Assembly: GCA_963776245.1 (NCBI GenBank)
Contig: CAVZLN010000004.1
Span: 128,001-192,000, forward strand
Reading direction: 5' to 3'
From: Candidatus Eiseniibacteriota bacterium
Lineage (GTDB): Bacteria; Eisenbacteria; RBG-16-71-46
DNA: 64,000 nt
Shown: positions 1-9,952 of the stretch, piece by piece
Layout of the letters: every line of letters starts with the position of its first letter
Numbering within the stretch: position 1 is the first letter of the stretch
The notes under the pieces: model-generated
What the model was told of the DNA's origin: nothing
Databases searched by the model: none
Seen by the model: only the letters and a program-made list of their open reading frames with translations
Position numbers and translations under genes: made by a program

Positions 1-1
1 G

Positions 2-385
2 AGCCGGTGCTGGCCGGGACCGCTGTCGCTCATCTTCCGCGCGTCGGCGATCGTGCCGCCCCGGGTGCGCGGCGCGGGTGGCACGGTGGCGCTGCGCTGT
101 CCCCGGGACACGCTGTGCATGGCGCTGCTGAGCGCCATCGGCGGGCCGGTGGTCTCGAGCAGCGCCAACCTGTCGGGGCAGCGTCCGGCCGAGACCGCCG
201 AAGAGGTGGTGCGGATCTTCGGCAACCAGCTCGATCTCGTGCTCGATGGCGGTCCCCGTCGAGGCGGCGTGGCTTCCACGCTGGTCGACGTGAGCGTCGC
301 CCGCCCGCGCCTCCTGCGCCGCGGCGCGCTCGATGTCACCGCGCTGCTGGGCGACTTCGAGGACGCCACCCGTCCCGCCGGTTGA
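2..385 (+). CDS. tsaC: L-threonylcarbamoyladenylate synthase (TsaC/YrdC/Sua5 family), 5'-truncated by window edge
   Basis: Frame 2 reads WPGPLSLI...VALRCP...SSSANLSG...ASTLVD, typical YrdC motifs; synteny with ywlE-rpiB-glyA. Confidence 0.9.
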   Translation, partial: SRCWPGPLSLIFRASAIVPPRVRGAGGTVALRCPRDTLCMALLSAIGGPVVSSSANLSGQRPAETAEEVVRIFGNQLDLVLDGGPRRGGVASTLVDVSVARPRLLRRGALDVTALLGDFEDATRPAG

Positions 386-411
386 CCGGCGCCGGGGGAG
401 CCGCCTATCCT
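382..411 (+). promoter_or_regulatory. Putative sigma70 promoter TTGACC-N18-TATCCT for the LMW phosphatase gene
   Basis: -35 at 382-387 overlaps the tsaC stop; -10 at 406-411; ATG at 420. Confidence 0.5.
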
Positions 412-419
412 TGCGGCGC

Positions 420-911
420 ATGTCGGCTCCGGATCCGCTCTACCATGTGCTGTTCGTGTGCACCGGCAACACCTGTCGGAGTCCGCTGGCCGCCGGGGCG
501 CTCCGGGATGCGCTCGGGGCCGAGCGGGGCCGCGTCGTCGTGTCGTCGGCCGGCGTCTCGGCCGCGGCGGGACAGCCGGCGACGGACGCCGCGATCGCGG
601 TGGCGGCACGCGATGGCATCGACCTCCGCGAGCACCGCTCGCGCCGCGCCACCGCCGAACAGGTGCGCTCCGCGGATCTCGTGGTGGTGATGGAGCACGC
701 GCATCTTGGGCCGCTGTTCGCGCTCGGCGCCGATCCGGGCAAGACCCACGTCATCAGCGAATGGCCGGCGCCCGGCGAGGCCGGGTTGATCGTCTCGGAC
801 CCCTTCGGGGGCTCGAGGGAAGCTTACGAAGAGACATGGCGTCGCATCCGGCGCCATCTGGAGAGGATCGTCCCCGTAGTTCACGAAGCGCTGCGCGCGC
901 GGTCGGCCTAG
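420..911 (+). CDS. ywlE: Low-molecular-weight protein phosphatase, probably protein-arginine phosphatase (YwlE-like)
   Basis: P-loop FVCTGNTCRS and SDPFGG motif; position after tsaC and upstream of rpiB/glyA as in Bacillus ywlC-ywlE-ywlF-glyA; mcsB present in the window. Confidence 0.8.
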   Translation: MSAPDPLYHVLFVCTGNTCRSPLAAGALRDALGAERGRVVVSSAGVSAAAGQPATDAAIAVAARDGIDLREHRSRRATAEQVRSADLVVVMEHAHLGPLFALGADPGKTHVISEWPAPGEAGLIVSDPFGGSREAYEETWRRIRRHLERIVPVVHEALRARSA

Positions 912-946
912 ACGCGCGGCCGCCTTCTCGGATCTCGAGGTGAGTC

Positions 947-1909
947 ATGGCGATGGTCAAGGCGAAGTCCATCTGGATGAATGGCAAATGGGTGGCGTGG
1001 GACGACGCGAGGATCCACGTGCTCTCGCACGTCGCGCACTACGCGACCGCGGTGTTCGAGGGTATCCGGGCGTATTCCACGCCGCGCGGGCCGGCCATCT
1101 TCCGGCTCGATGAGCACGTCGAACGGCTGTGCTTCTCGGCGAAGGTGTACCGCATGGAGGTGCCCTACACGTTCGCGCAGCTGCGGCAGGCGTGTCTCGA
1201 TGTGGTCGCGGTCAACGAGCTGAAGGAGTGCTACATCCGCCCGCTGATCTACCGGGGGTACGAGAACCTCGGGGTGAATCCGTTCGGCAATCCCGTCGAC
1301 GTCGCCATCGCGGCGTTCCCGTGGGGCCAGTACCTGGGCGCGGACGCCCTCCAGAAGGGCGTGGCGGTCAAGGTGGGCTCGTGGAGCCGCATGGCCCCGA
1401 ACACGCTTCCGGCGATGGCCAAGGCGGCCGCCAACTACATGAACTCGGCGCTGCTGAAGATGGAAGCCAAGGTGGACGGGTACGAGGAGGCGATCGCGCT
1501 CGATCGCTCCGGGTTCGTGAGCGAGGGCAGCGGGCAGAACCTGTTCGCGGTGATCAAGGGGGAACTGGTCACGCCGCCGCTCGCGAACAGCATCCTCGCC
1601 GGCATCACCCGCGGTTCGGTCATGACCCTGGCGCGCGAGCTCGGCTACTCGGTGCGCGAGGAGTCGATGCCGCGCGAGATGCTCTACCTGGCGGACGAAC
1701 TGTTCTACACCGGCACCGCGGTGGAGGTGTCGCCGATCGGCTCGGTGGACCGCCTCCCGGTGGGCACCGGCGAGCGCGGCCCGATCACGAAGGCGCTGCA
1801 GGATGCGTTCTTCGGCGTGGTCAAGGGCGAGCGGCCCGACACCCACGGCTGGCTCACCCCGGTGCCGCAGGCGGCCGGTGCCGCCATCGCCGCGGCGCGC
1901 CAGGCCTGA
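947..1909 (+). CDS. ilvE: Branched-chain amino acid aminotransferase
   Basis: HYATAVFEGIRAY, YIRP, AKAAANY (PLP Lys), EGSGQN, LAGITR. Confidence 0.95.
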   Translation: MAMVKAKSIWMNGKWVAWDDARIHVLSHVAHYATAVFEGIRAYSTPRGPAIFRLDEHVERLCFSAKVYRMEVPYTFAQLRQACLDVVAVNELKECYIRPLIYRGYENLGVNPFGNPVDVAIAAFPWGQYLGADALQKGVAVKVGSWSRMAPNTLPAMAKAAANYMNSALLKMEAKVDGYEEAIALDRSGFVSEGSGQNLFAVIKGELVTPPLANSILAGITRGSVMTLARELGYSVREESMPREMLYLADELFYTGTAVEVSPIGSVDRLPVGTGERGPITKALQDAFFGVVKGERPDTHGWLTPVPQAAGAAIAAARQA

Positions 1910-1916
1910 GCCCCGC

Positions 1917-2375
1917 GTGAAGGTCGCGATCGGCGCCGACCACGCCGGATTCGCGCTCAAGGAGCGCCTCGTGCGAGAGCTCGAGGCGCTCCGCCACGAG
2001 GTCGTGGACGTCGGCACCTTCGGGGCCGAACCGCCGGTGGACTATCCGGACTTCTGCTTCCCGGTGGGCGAGCGGGTCGCCCGCGGCGAGGTCGAGCGCG
2101 GGATCGTCCTGGGCGGGAGCGGCATCGGTGAGGCGATCGCGGCCAACAAGGTGTTCGGGGTGCGCGCCGCGGTCGTCACCAGCGACGAGACCGCGCGCCT
2201 CACCCGGCTGCACAACGATTCGAACGTGCTCGCCCTGGGCGGGCGCACCAACGACCACGACGCGGCCGCGCGCTGGATGCGCATCTGGCTCGAGACGCCC
2301 TTCGAGGGTGGCCGCCACCGGCCGCGGCTCGAGAAGATCCTCGCGTACGAGTCCACCCATCGCCACGAACGGTAG
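1917..2375 (+). CDS. rpiB: Ribose-5-phosphate isomerase B
   Basis: ADHAG, DYPD, GGSGIGE, AANK, HNDSNVL, FEGGRH; GTG start at 1917. Confidence 0.93.
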   Translation: MKVAIGADHAGFALKERLVRELEALRHEVVDVGTFGAEPPVDYPDFCFPVGERVARGEVERGIVLGGSGIGEAIAANKVFGVRAAVVTSDETARLTRLHNDSNVLALGGRTNDHDAAARWMRIWLETPFEGGRHRPRLEKILAYESTHRHER

Positions 2376-2381
2376 GCCCCC

Positions 2382-3635
2382 GTGTCCACCCTCCCGCGCA
2401 CCGATCCACGGCTCTCCGAGGCCATCGACTCCGAGCGCCGGCGCCAGCTCTCGACCCTCGAACTGATCGCCTCCGAGAACTTCGTCAGCGACGGGGTGCT
2501 GGAGGCCGCCGGCTCGGTGCTGACCAACAAGTACGCCGAGGGATTGCCGGGGAAGCGGTACTACGGCGGCTGCGAGTTCGTGGACGTGGTCGAGACCCTC
2601 GCCATCGAGCGGCTCAAGACGCTGTTCGGGTGCGAGCACGCGAACGTGCAGCCCCACAGCGGGGCGTCGGCGAATCTCGCGGCCTACCTCGCGGTCTCGG
2701 TGCCGGGGGACACGCTGCTCGGGATGAGCCTGGCGCACGGCGGGCATCTCACCCACGGGCATCCGGTCTCGGTGACCGGGAAGCTGTGGAAGTCGGTGCA
2801 GTACGGCGTGCGCCCCGAGGACGGGCGGATCGACTACGACGCGGTCGAGCGGCTCGCACGGGAGCACCGCCCGCGACTGCTGGTGGCGGGCGCCAGTGCC
2901 TACCCGCGCGTCATCGACTTCGAGCGATTCGGCCGCATCGCGCGCGAGGTGGGAGCGACCCTGGTGGTGGACATGGCGCACATCGCCGGCCTGGTCGCCA
3001 CCGGTCTCCACCCCAGCCCGGTGCCGCACGCCGAGATCGTCACCAGCACCACGCACAAGACCCTGCGCGGTCCGCGCGCCGGCATCATCCTGTGCCGCGA
3101 GGCGCTCGCGGAGAAGGTCGACAAGAGCGTCTTCCCGGGGCTGCAGGGGGGGCCGCTGATGCACATCATCGCCGCCAAGGCCGCCTGCTTTGGCGAGGCG
3201 CTCGAGCCCGGGTTCCGCGCCTACCAGGTGCGCGTCGTCGAGAACGCACGCGTCCTGGCCGAGACGCTGATGGGCCACGGGTTCGATCTGGTCTCGGGTG
3301 GCACGGACAACCACCTCATGCTGGTGGACCTGCGGCGGCGCGGTCTCACCGGCAAGGCCGCGGAGGAGGCGCTCCATCGCGCCCGCATCACCGTGAACAA
3401 GAACGCGGTGCCGAACGATCCCCAGAAGCCATGGGTGACCAGCGGCATCCGCATCGGCACCCCGGCGCTGACCACGCGCGGCATGGGCCGCGACGAGATG
3501 GTGCGGATCGGCGGCTGGATCGCCCGCGTCCTCGACCGCCCCGCGGACGCGGCCCTGGCGGCCGAGGTGGAGCGCGAGGTGCTCGGGCTCACCTCGGGGT
3601 TCCCGCTGTTCGCCGCGGAGCCCGCCGCGCGCTGA
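2382..3635 (+). CDS. glyA: Serine hydroxymethyltransferase
   Basis: [34 protein letters not shown]. Confidence 0.97.
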   Translation: MSTLPRTDPRLSEAIDSERRRQLSTLELIASENFVSDGVLEAAGSVLTNKYAEGLPGKRYYGGCEFVDVVETLAIERLKTLFGCEHANVQPHSGASANLAAYLAVSVPGDTLLGMSLAHGGHLTHGHPVSVTGKLWKSVQYGVRPEDGRIDYDAVERLAREHRPRLLVAGASAYPRVIDFERFGRIAREVGATLVVDMAHIAGLVATGLHPSPVPHAEIVTSTTHKTLRGPRAGIILCREALAEKVDKSVFPGLQGGPLMHIIAAKAACFGEALEPGFRAYQVRVVENARVLAETLMGHGFDLVSGGTDNHLMLVDLRRRGLTGKAAEEALHRARITVNKNAVPNDPQKPWVTSGIRIGTPALTTRGMGRDEMVRIGGWIARVLDRPADAALAAEVEREVLGLTSGFPLFAAEPAAR

Positions 3636-3733
3636 GGGCGTGCATCCTCGCCCGCCGCGCGGGGCATCATGCAACGGCGGCCGCGCGGGGACTCGCGCGC
3701 CGGGCGAGGTGCTCCGCGAGACGCACTACCGCG

Positions 3734-3783
3734 CAATGGGTTAGGGCCGCGGGGGGAGGTGGGCGCGTGGCACCGTTCGTGCT
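3734..3783 (+). promoter_or_regulatory. Putative sigma54 (-24/-12) promoter TGGCAC-CGTTC-GTGCT with upstream IHF-like site CAATGGGTTA
   Basis: GG-N10-GC (GG 3769-3770, GC 3781-3782) with TGGCAC core; CAA-N4-TTA at 3734-3743. Confidence 0.6.
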
Positions 3784-3827
3784 CCCTCGAAGCTCGCCCC
3801 GGAGCATCCCGGCCGTGGCGACCGCCC

Positions 3828-4217
3828 ATGATCCGATTCCTCGTCCTGCTCCACCTCGCCGAGCGATCGCCCGTCCCCATCGCGGGCCGCACGCTCCACC
3901 GCGCCGGGCTCCACGCCCTGGCCGGCGGCCATCCCATGCACGCCGACCGACTGTTCGAGTGCGCGGCGCGCAGCTACCGACGCGATCTGGACGTGGAGCG
4001 CCTCGCGCGCCTGCGGGTCCACCAGTCGATCGCGCGCTATCGCGCCGGAGGGCCGCTCGCCGGAGGCGAGGAGGCGTCCCTTGGCATCGAGCGGGCGCTC
4101 TGCCGGCTGGGGCGCATCGAGTCCCTCGTGTCGCCCTTCGAGCTGGTGGATGCGCGGCGGCTGCTCGCCCACTGGATGTCGGACCACGGGGCCCGGCGCG
4201 ACGCCGCGGCCGCGTAG
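3828..4217 (+). CDS. Hypothetical alpha-helical protein (129 aa)
   Basis: ATG 3828, GC3-biased codons, fills the gap between glyA and moxR; no recognisable motif. Confidence 0.65.
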   Translation: MIRFLVLLHLAERSPVPIAGRTLHRAGLHALAGGHPMHADRLFECAARSYRRDLDVERLARLRVHQSIARYRAGGPLAGGEEASLGIERALCRLGRIESLVSPFELVDARRLLAHWMSDHGARRDAAAA

Positions 4218-4240
4218 CCCGGACCTCGTCCCGCTTCCCA

Positions 4241-4269
4241 TTGGCCTCCATGGACCCCTTCGATATACT
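4241..4269 (+). promoter_or_regulatory. Putative sigma70 promoter TTGGCC-N17-TATACT for the moxR/bat operon
   Basis: Near-consensus -10 about 55 nt before the moxR ATG, which has SD GGAGG. Confidence 0.55.
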
Positions 4270-4324
4270 GCCGCGCCATCGGCAGGATGCGGCAGCGCGC
4301 GCGGGCCAGGAGGGCGGGGACACG

Positions 4325-5311
4325 ATGACGGTGGACGCGAAGGAAGCCGCTCGAAGGATCGATCACGCCGGGGAGATCCTGGCGCGGGTGCGCGCCGAGG
4401 TGGGGCGGGCCGTGGTCGGCCAGCACGACATGGTGGACCGGCTGCTGGTGGGCATGCTCACCGGCGGCCACGTGCTGCTCGAAGGCGTGCCGGGCCTGGC
4501 GAAGACGCTCGCCGTGCGCAGTTTCGCCGACGCGATGTCGCTCAAGTTCCGGCGCATCCAGTTCACTCCCGACCTGCTGCCGGCCGACCTCACCGGCACC
4601 CTCATCTACGACGCCCGCACCTCCTCCTTCACCACCAAGCGCGGCCCGCTGTTCGCCCACCTGGTGCTGGCCGACGAGATCAACCGGGCCCCGGCCAAGG
4701 TGCAGTCCGCGCTGCTCGAGGCCATGCAGGAGAAGCAGATCACCCTCGGGGACGAGAGCCACCGGCTCGAGGAGCCGTTCCTGGTGCTCGCGACCCAGAA
4801 TCCGATCGAGCAGGAGGGCACCTACCCGCTGCCCGAGGCGCAGAGCGACCGCTTCATGCTCAAGGTGAAGGTGGGCTACCCGGAGCGCGCCGAGGAGAAG
4901 GAGATCCTGCGTCGCGCCGGTCTGGCGGGGCTCCCGGCGCTGACGCCCCAGGCCACGCGCGCGGACGTGATGGAGGCGCGCGCGGCGCTCGGCGGCGTGT
5001 ACGTGGACGACAAGATCCAGGAATACGTCCTCGACCTGGTGACCGCCACCCGCCGGCCGAAGGACTTCGGCCTCGCCCTCGAAGGGCTGATCGCGTTCGG
5101 CGCCTCGCCGCGCGCGACGCTGTTCCTGGTGCGCGGCGCGCAGGCGCTCGCGCTGCTGGACGGGCGCGCGTACGTGCTGCCCGACGACGTGAAGGGGATC
5201 GCGCCCGACGTGCTCCGCCACCGCATCCACGTCTCCTACGAGGCCGAGGCCGAGGGGGTCAGCGCGGAAGAGGTGGCGCGCCGGATCCTGGAGCAGGTGC
5301 GCGTGCCTTGA
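4325..5311 (+). CDS. moxR: MoxR-family AAA+ ATPase
   Basis: EGVPGLAKT Walker A, RIQFTPDLLPAD, LADEINRAPAKVQSALLEAMQE, TQNPIEQEGTYPLPEAQ. Confidence 0.95.
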   Translation: MTVDAKEAARRIDHAGEILARVRAEVGRAVVGQHDMVDRLLVGMLTGGHVLLEGVPGLAKTLAVRSFADAMSLKFRRIQFTPDLLPADLTGTLIYDARTSSFTTKRGPLFAHLVLADEINRAPAKVQSALLEAMQEKQITLGDESHRLEEPFLVLATQNPIEQEGTYPLPEAQSDRFMLKVKVGYPERAEEKEILRRAGLAGLPALTPQATRADVMEARAALGGVYVDDKIQEYVLDLVTATRRPKDFGLALEGLIAFGASPRATLFLVRGAQALALLDGRAYVLPDDVKGIAPDVLRHRIHVSYEAEAEGVSAEEVARRILEQVRVP

Positions 5312-6195
5312 TGCCCCTCGCGGAGCTGCTCGGCAAGGTCCGCCGGATCGAGATCCGCAGCCGGCATCTGGTCGAGGACCTGTTCGCCGGCCGGACCTCC
5401 AGCGTGTTCAAGGGCCGAGGCGTCGAGTTCGAGGAGGTGCGCCATTACGTCCCGGGCGACGAGGTCCGGGACATCGACTGGAACGTCACCGCCCGGATGG
5501 GTGCGCCGTTCATCAAGCGCTTCGTCGAGGAGCGCGAGCTCTCGGTGATCCTGGTCGTGGACGTGTCGCGTTCGATGCGCTTCGGCACCGCGGGCGCCGA
5601 GAAGCGGGAGCTGGCCGCCGAGCTGTGCGCGGTGCTCGGCTTCGCGGCGATGCGGAACAACGACCGCGTGGGGCTGGTGCTGGCGGCCGAGCGTGTGGAG
5701 TCGTTCGTTCCGCCGGCCCGCGGCAAGAACCACCTGCTTCGCATCCTGCGCGACGTGCTCGGCGCCGACCCGCCCCCCGGCGGCACCCGGCTCGGCGAAG
5801 CGGCGCGCTTCGTGGCGCGCACCGCGCACCGGCGCAGCCTGGTGTTCTGGATCTCGGACTTCGAGGATGCCGTGGACGCGCGCGCCTTCCGCATCGTCGG
5901 CCGCCGTCACGAGGTCACCGCGTTCCTGCTGCGCGATCCGCGCGACGAGGCGCTGCCGGCGGTGGGGTGGGTGGAACTCGAGGATCTCGAGACGGGCCGG
6001 CGCGCGCTGCTGGACACCGGACGCCGCGCGGTGCGCGATGCGTACGCGCGCGCCGCGCGCGAACGCCGCCAGGCGGTCGAGCGCGCGCTGGCGCAGGCGC
6101 GGGTGCCGGTGGTCGAGGTGCGCACCGACCGCTCGTACCTCACCGTGCTGATGCGCTACTTCGCGCGGCGCCGGCGGGCCGGAGGACGGGGGTGA
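5311..6195 (+). CDS. DUF58 family protein (MoxR-associated, vWA-like)
   Basis: GRGVEFEEVRHYVPGDEVRDIDWNVTAR, DVSRSM, ISDF; TGATG coupling to moxR. Confidence 0.92.
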   Translation: MPLAELLGKVRRIEIRSRHLVEDLFAGRTSSVFKGRGVEFEEVRHYVPGDEVRDIDWNVTARMGAPFIKRFVEERELSVILVVDVSRSMRFGTAGAEKRELAAELCAVLGFAAMRNNDRVGLVLAAERVESFVPPARGKNHLLRILRDVLGADPPPGGTRLGEAARFVARTAHRRSLVFWISDFEDAVDARAFRIVGRRHEVTAFLLRDPRDEALPAVGWVELEDLETGRRALLDTGRRAVRDAYARAARERRQAVERALAQARVPVVEVRTDRSYLTVLMRYFARRRRAGGRG

Positions 6196-7219
6196 GCCGC
6201 GGCGCCGCGCCGCGGGGGCGGGCCGCGGGCGCGTGGGGGGCGGCGCTGGCGTGCGTGCTGGTGGCGGACCTCACGGTCGCGCAGGTGGGCGGCCGCCCGC
6301 TCAGCACCCGCGTGGAGATCACCCCGGCCGCGGTGAAGCTCGGGGAGCGCGTCACCTACCGCGCCGTCATCACCGGCGGGTGGACCGCCGCCCGCATCCG
6401 GGTGCTCCCGCCCGTGACCGGCGGGGACCTGACCTGGGGGGTGGCGATGGGACGCCATCGGAACGCCACCGGCGAGCGCACGCGTCCGGACACCAGGGGC
6501 TGGTACGAGAGCTCCGGAGGCGGGGACAGCCTGGTGATGGAGGTGCCGCTGCAGGTCTTCCGACCCGGCATGGTGTCCATCCCCGGCCCGCGCGTGGAGG
6601 TCGTGGATCGGTCGGGGGCGCGCGCCCTGAACCTGCCGATGGTGACGCTGGTGGTGGTGCCGGTGGTCGGCGCGACCGACAGCACCGCCGATCTGCGCCC
6701 GCTGCGCGGGCCGCTGCCGGCGCCATGGTGGGAGCGCGTGCCGTGGCGGTGGGTGGCGCTGGGGCTGCTCGCCGCGGCGCTCGCGATCGCGCTGGTCCGT
6801 TGGCTCCGGCGCCGCCGGCCGGCGCCGGCCGTGCGCCCGGCCGCAGCCTCCCGGTCGACGCGGGATCCGCTCGCCGAGGGACTCGCGGCGCTCGCGGCGC
6901 TCCGGGCCGAGCGCCTGCCGGCCGCCGGGCCGGTTCGCCGAGCACGCCTTCCGGCTCACGCTCATCCTGCGGCGCTTCCTCGAGAGCGCGGAGAGCACGA
7001 CGCGTCCGGGTGACACCAGCACGGAATTGGTCGGACGCCTCGGACGCGGCCGCCTGGCGCGCCCCGACCTCGACCGGCTCGCCGGCCTGCTGTCGCGCTG
7101 GGACCGGGTGAAGTTCGCGCGCGCGGCCACCACCCCGGCCGAGGCGGCGCAGGCCGAGGAGGCGGTGGAGGCGATGATGCGACGGCTCGTGCCGCGACCC
7201 GCACGGGAGGGCGGCCTGA
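6192..7219 (+). CDS. Bat-operon membrane-anchored protein (BatD-like N-terminus, TM, helical C-terminus), with apparent frameshifts near 6930 and 7210
   Basis: Signal-like N-terminus, TM WRWVALGLLAAALAIALVRW, C-terminal ILRRFLE...TSTEL...DRVKFA in a shifted frame, typical of the gene before batA. Confidence 0.7.
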
Positions 7220-8193
7220 TGCGCTGGGACGAACCGGGCGCGCTGGTGCTGCTCGCGGTCCTGCCCCTGCTCGCGCTGTGGCGCTGGCGCCGCGTGCGCC
7301 CCGCGGCGGTGCTGTGGTCGCGCGCGGACCGGGCGGGATTGCATCCGGCCCGGCTCGCGCTCGGCCTGGCGGGAGTGCTGCCGTGGGCCGCGCTCGCCCT
7401 CGCGGTGCTGGGGCTGGCGCGGCCGCAGCAGGGAGTCTCGCAGAGCGAGACCGAGACCCGGGGCGTGGACATCGTGCTCGCGATCGACATCTCGCCGAGC
7501 ATGGCGGCCGAGGACTTCCGGCCGCGCAACCGCCTGTTCGTCGCCAAGGAGAACGCGCGCGAGTTCGTGCGCTCGCGCCGTCACGACCGCGTGGGCCTGG
7601 TGGCGTTCGCCGCCACCGCGTTCACGCAGTGTCCGCTCACGCTCGACCACGCCGCGCTGGTCGAGCTGCTCGAAGGGCTCGACTTCGGGCTGGCCGAGGA
7701 CGGCACCGCGATCGGCATGGGGCTGGCGACCGCGGTGGGCGGCCTGCGTGAGAGCAAGACCCCGAGCAAGGTGGTGGTGCTGCTCACGGACGGGCAGAAC
7801 AACCGCGGCGCCATCGATCCGCTCACCGGGGCCGACCTCGCCCGGGCCTACGGGGTGAAGGTGTACACCGTGCTCGCCGGGCGCGGCGGCGTGGTGCCGG
7901 TCCCGGTCGACGATCCGATCGTGGGTCGCCGGGTGGAGATGATGCGCATGGACGTGGACGAGGGCACGCTGCGCGAGATCGCGCGGCGCACCGGCGGGCG
8001 GTTCTTCCGCGCCGAGGAGTCCAGCGCGCTGGCGTCCATCTACGCGGAGATCGATCGCCTCGAGCGCGCTCCGCTGCGCTCGGTGGAATACCGCGAGTAC
8101 CACGACCTGGGCCCGTGGCTGCTGGCCGCGGCCGCGGCCATGCTGGCGGCGTACACGCTCCTGACCACCACGCTGGCGTTCCGGCTCCCATGA
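7219..8193 (+). CDS. batA: BatA-like vWA domain membrane protein
   Basis: LARPQ, MIDAS DISPSM, DRVGLVAF, TQCPLTLD, GTAIG, LLTDGQNN. Confidence 0.9.
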   Translation: MRWDEPGALVLLAVLPLLALWRWRRVRPAAVLWSRADRAGLHPARLALGLAGVLPWAALALAVLGLARPQQGVSQSETETRGVDIVLAIDISPSMAAEDFRPRNRLFVAKENAREFVRSRRHDRVGLVAFAATAFTQCPLTLDHAALVELLEGLDFGLAEDGTAIGMGLATAVGGLRESKTPSKVVVLLTDGQNNRGAIDPLTGADLARAYGVKVYTVLAGRGGVVPVPVDDPIVGRRVEMMRMDVDEGTLREIARRTGGRFFRAEESSALASIYAEIDRLERAPLRSVEYREYHDLGPWLLAAAAAMLAAYTLLTTTLAFRLP

Positions 8194-8203
8194 GAGGCGG
8201 CGC

Positions 8204-9952
8204 ATGACGTTCACCGATCCGCGCTGGCTGTGGGCGCTCGCCGTGCTGCCGCTGCTCGCGCTGCTCGAGTGGCGCGCGGCGGGCCGGGCCGAGCGCGCGC
8301 TGAAGGCGCTGGTGGGGGCCCGCGCGGAGCACGCGCTGCTGGCGCAGCGCCGGCCGGGGCAGCGGCGGCTCGGCGCGCTGCTGCGGCTGGCGGCGCTCGC
8401 GCTGCTGGTGGGCGGCGCGGCGCGGCCGGAGTGGGGACGCGAGGTGGTGCGGCGGGCGGCCACCGGCTCCGACGTGGTGCTGCTGATGGACGTGTCGGCG
8501 AGCATGGACGCGCGCGACGTGCCGCCGAGCCGGCTCGCCGAGGCGCGGCGCGAGGCGCTCGCGGTGGTGGACCGCATGGCCGGAAGCCGCATCGGCGTGG
8601 TGGCGTTCGCGGGGGACGCGGTGCGGCTGTGCCCGCTCACGCTGGACCGCGGCGCGGCGCGGCTCACGGTCGAGGCGCTCTCGAGCGCGACGGTCAGCGA
8701 GCCCGGCACCGACCTGGCCCGCGGACTGCGCATGGCGATGAAGCTCATGCCGGCGGGACGACGCGAGGAGCAGGCGATCGTGGTGTGGACCGACGGCGAG
8801 GATCTCGAGCGCGGCGGGCGCGGCGCGCTCGAGGAGGTGCGGCACTCGGGGATCCGCGTGTTCGCGGTCGGGGTCGGGACCCCGGGAGGGGACGTGGTCC
8901 CGATGCTCGACGACCAGGGCCGTGCTTTGGACGTGAAGCGCGACGCGCGCGGCGAGGTGGTGCGCAGCCGGCTGGACGAGGATCTGCTGCGCGCGCTGGC
9001 GCGGCGCTCGCGCGGGGGCTACTTCGGGGCCCAGCGCCCGGGGGGCGAGCTTCCGCGGCTGCTGGGCGCGCTCGGATCGCTGGCTCGTTCCGGGCGCGGG
9101 CAACGCTCGGTGGAGCGGCCGGTGGCGCGCTTCCCGCTGTTCGCGGCGGTGGCCGGCCTGCTGCTGGCGATCGACCGCATGCGGCCGCGACGGCGGAGCG
9201 AGCGGCGGGCGCGCGGACGGGCGGCCGCGCCGGCGGCCGCGCGGGCCGCCGCGGCGCTCGCGGTGCTCGGCGTGCTCGCGGCCGCGGGCCCGGCGCGCGC
9301 CCAGAGCACCTGGTCGCGCGGGGACGACGCCTATCGCGGCGGGCGGTTCGCGGCGGCCGAGTCGCTGTACGCGCTGCGGCTGGCCCACGGCGGACCGGAG
9401 CCCGTGAAGCTGAACCTCGCCACGGCGCGCGCCCGCGCGGGCCGGGTGCAGGACGCCGAGCGCGAACTGGCGCGGCTGGCGGGGTCGCGCGGCGTGGTGG
9501 GACGCGAGGCGCGCTACAACCTCGGCACGATGCTGGCCGAGGCGCAGCGCGACGACGATGCGGTGGCCGCGTTGCGCCGGGCGCTGGAGCGCGATCCCGG
9601 CGATGCGGACGCGCGCTGGAACTACGAGGTGCTGCTGCGCCGCCGCGAACGCAGGCGGGCACCCGAAGCGCCCCGCAGCGGCGGCGCTCCCGATCCGCGC
9701 CCGGGCGCGGGCGCGGAGCCGCAGGGTGGCGCGCCGCAGCAGCAGTCCCCGCAGCCATCGTCGAGCGCGCCCCGGAACGCGCCGCCGCAGCCGTCGCCGT
9801 CCGCGCCGCCGCCCGCGCCGGGCCAGGGACAACGCATGGACCGAGCGCAGGCCGATCGGCTGCTGAACGCGCTCCAGGACCTGACACGCCTCGAGCAGCA
9901 ACGCCAGCGCCGGGTCCAGGTGGTCCGCGACCGCCGCGGCAAGGACTGGTGA
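8204..9952 (+). CDS. batB: BatB-like vWA protein fused to a BatC-like TPR domain
   Basis: ARPEWG, DVSASM, PLTLD, TDGED; C-terminal TPR (ARYNLG...DARWNYE), P/Q-rich linker, ends GKDW. Confidence 0.85.
   Translation: MTFTDPRWLWALAVLPLLALLEWRAAGRAERALKALVGARAEHALLAQRRPGQRRLGALLRLAALALLVGGAARPEWGREVVRRAATGSDVVLLMDVSASMDARDVPPSRLAEARREALAVVDRMAGSRIGVVAFAGDAVRLCPLTLDRGAARLTVEALSSATVSEPGTDLARGLRMAMKLMPAGRREEQAIVVWTDGEDLERGGRGALEEVRHSGIRVFAVGVGTPGGDVVPMLDDQGRALDVKRDARGEVVRSRLDEDLLRALARRSRGGYFGAQRPGGELPRLLGALGSLARSGRGQRSVERPVARFPLFAAVAGLLLAIDRMRPRRRSERRARGRAAAPAAARAAAALAVLGVLAAAGPARAQSTWSRGDDAYRGGRFAAAESLYALRLAHGGPEPVKLNLATARARAGRVQDAERELARLAGSRGVVGREARYNLGTMLAEAQRDDDAVAALRRALERDPGDADARWNYEVLLRRRERRRAPEAPRSGGAPDPRPGAGAEPQGGAPQQQSPQPSSSAPRNAPPQPSPSAPPPAPGQGQRMDRAQADRLLNALQDLTRLEQQRQRRVQVVRDRRGKDW

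Noticed and set aside
7027..8193. Apparent N-terminal extension or fusion on BatA
   Set aside because: A TGATG junction at 7217-7221 shows that one extra base probably fused the upstream gene's tail to batA
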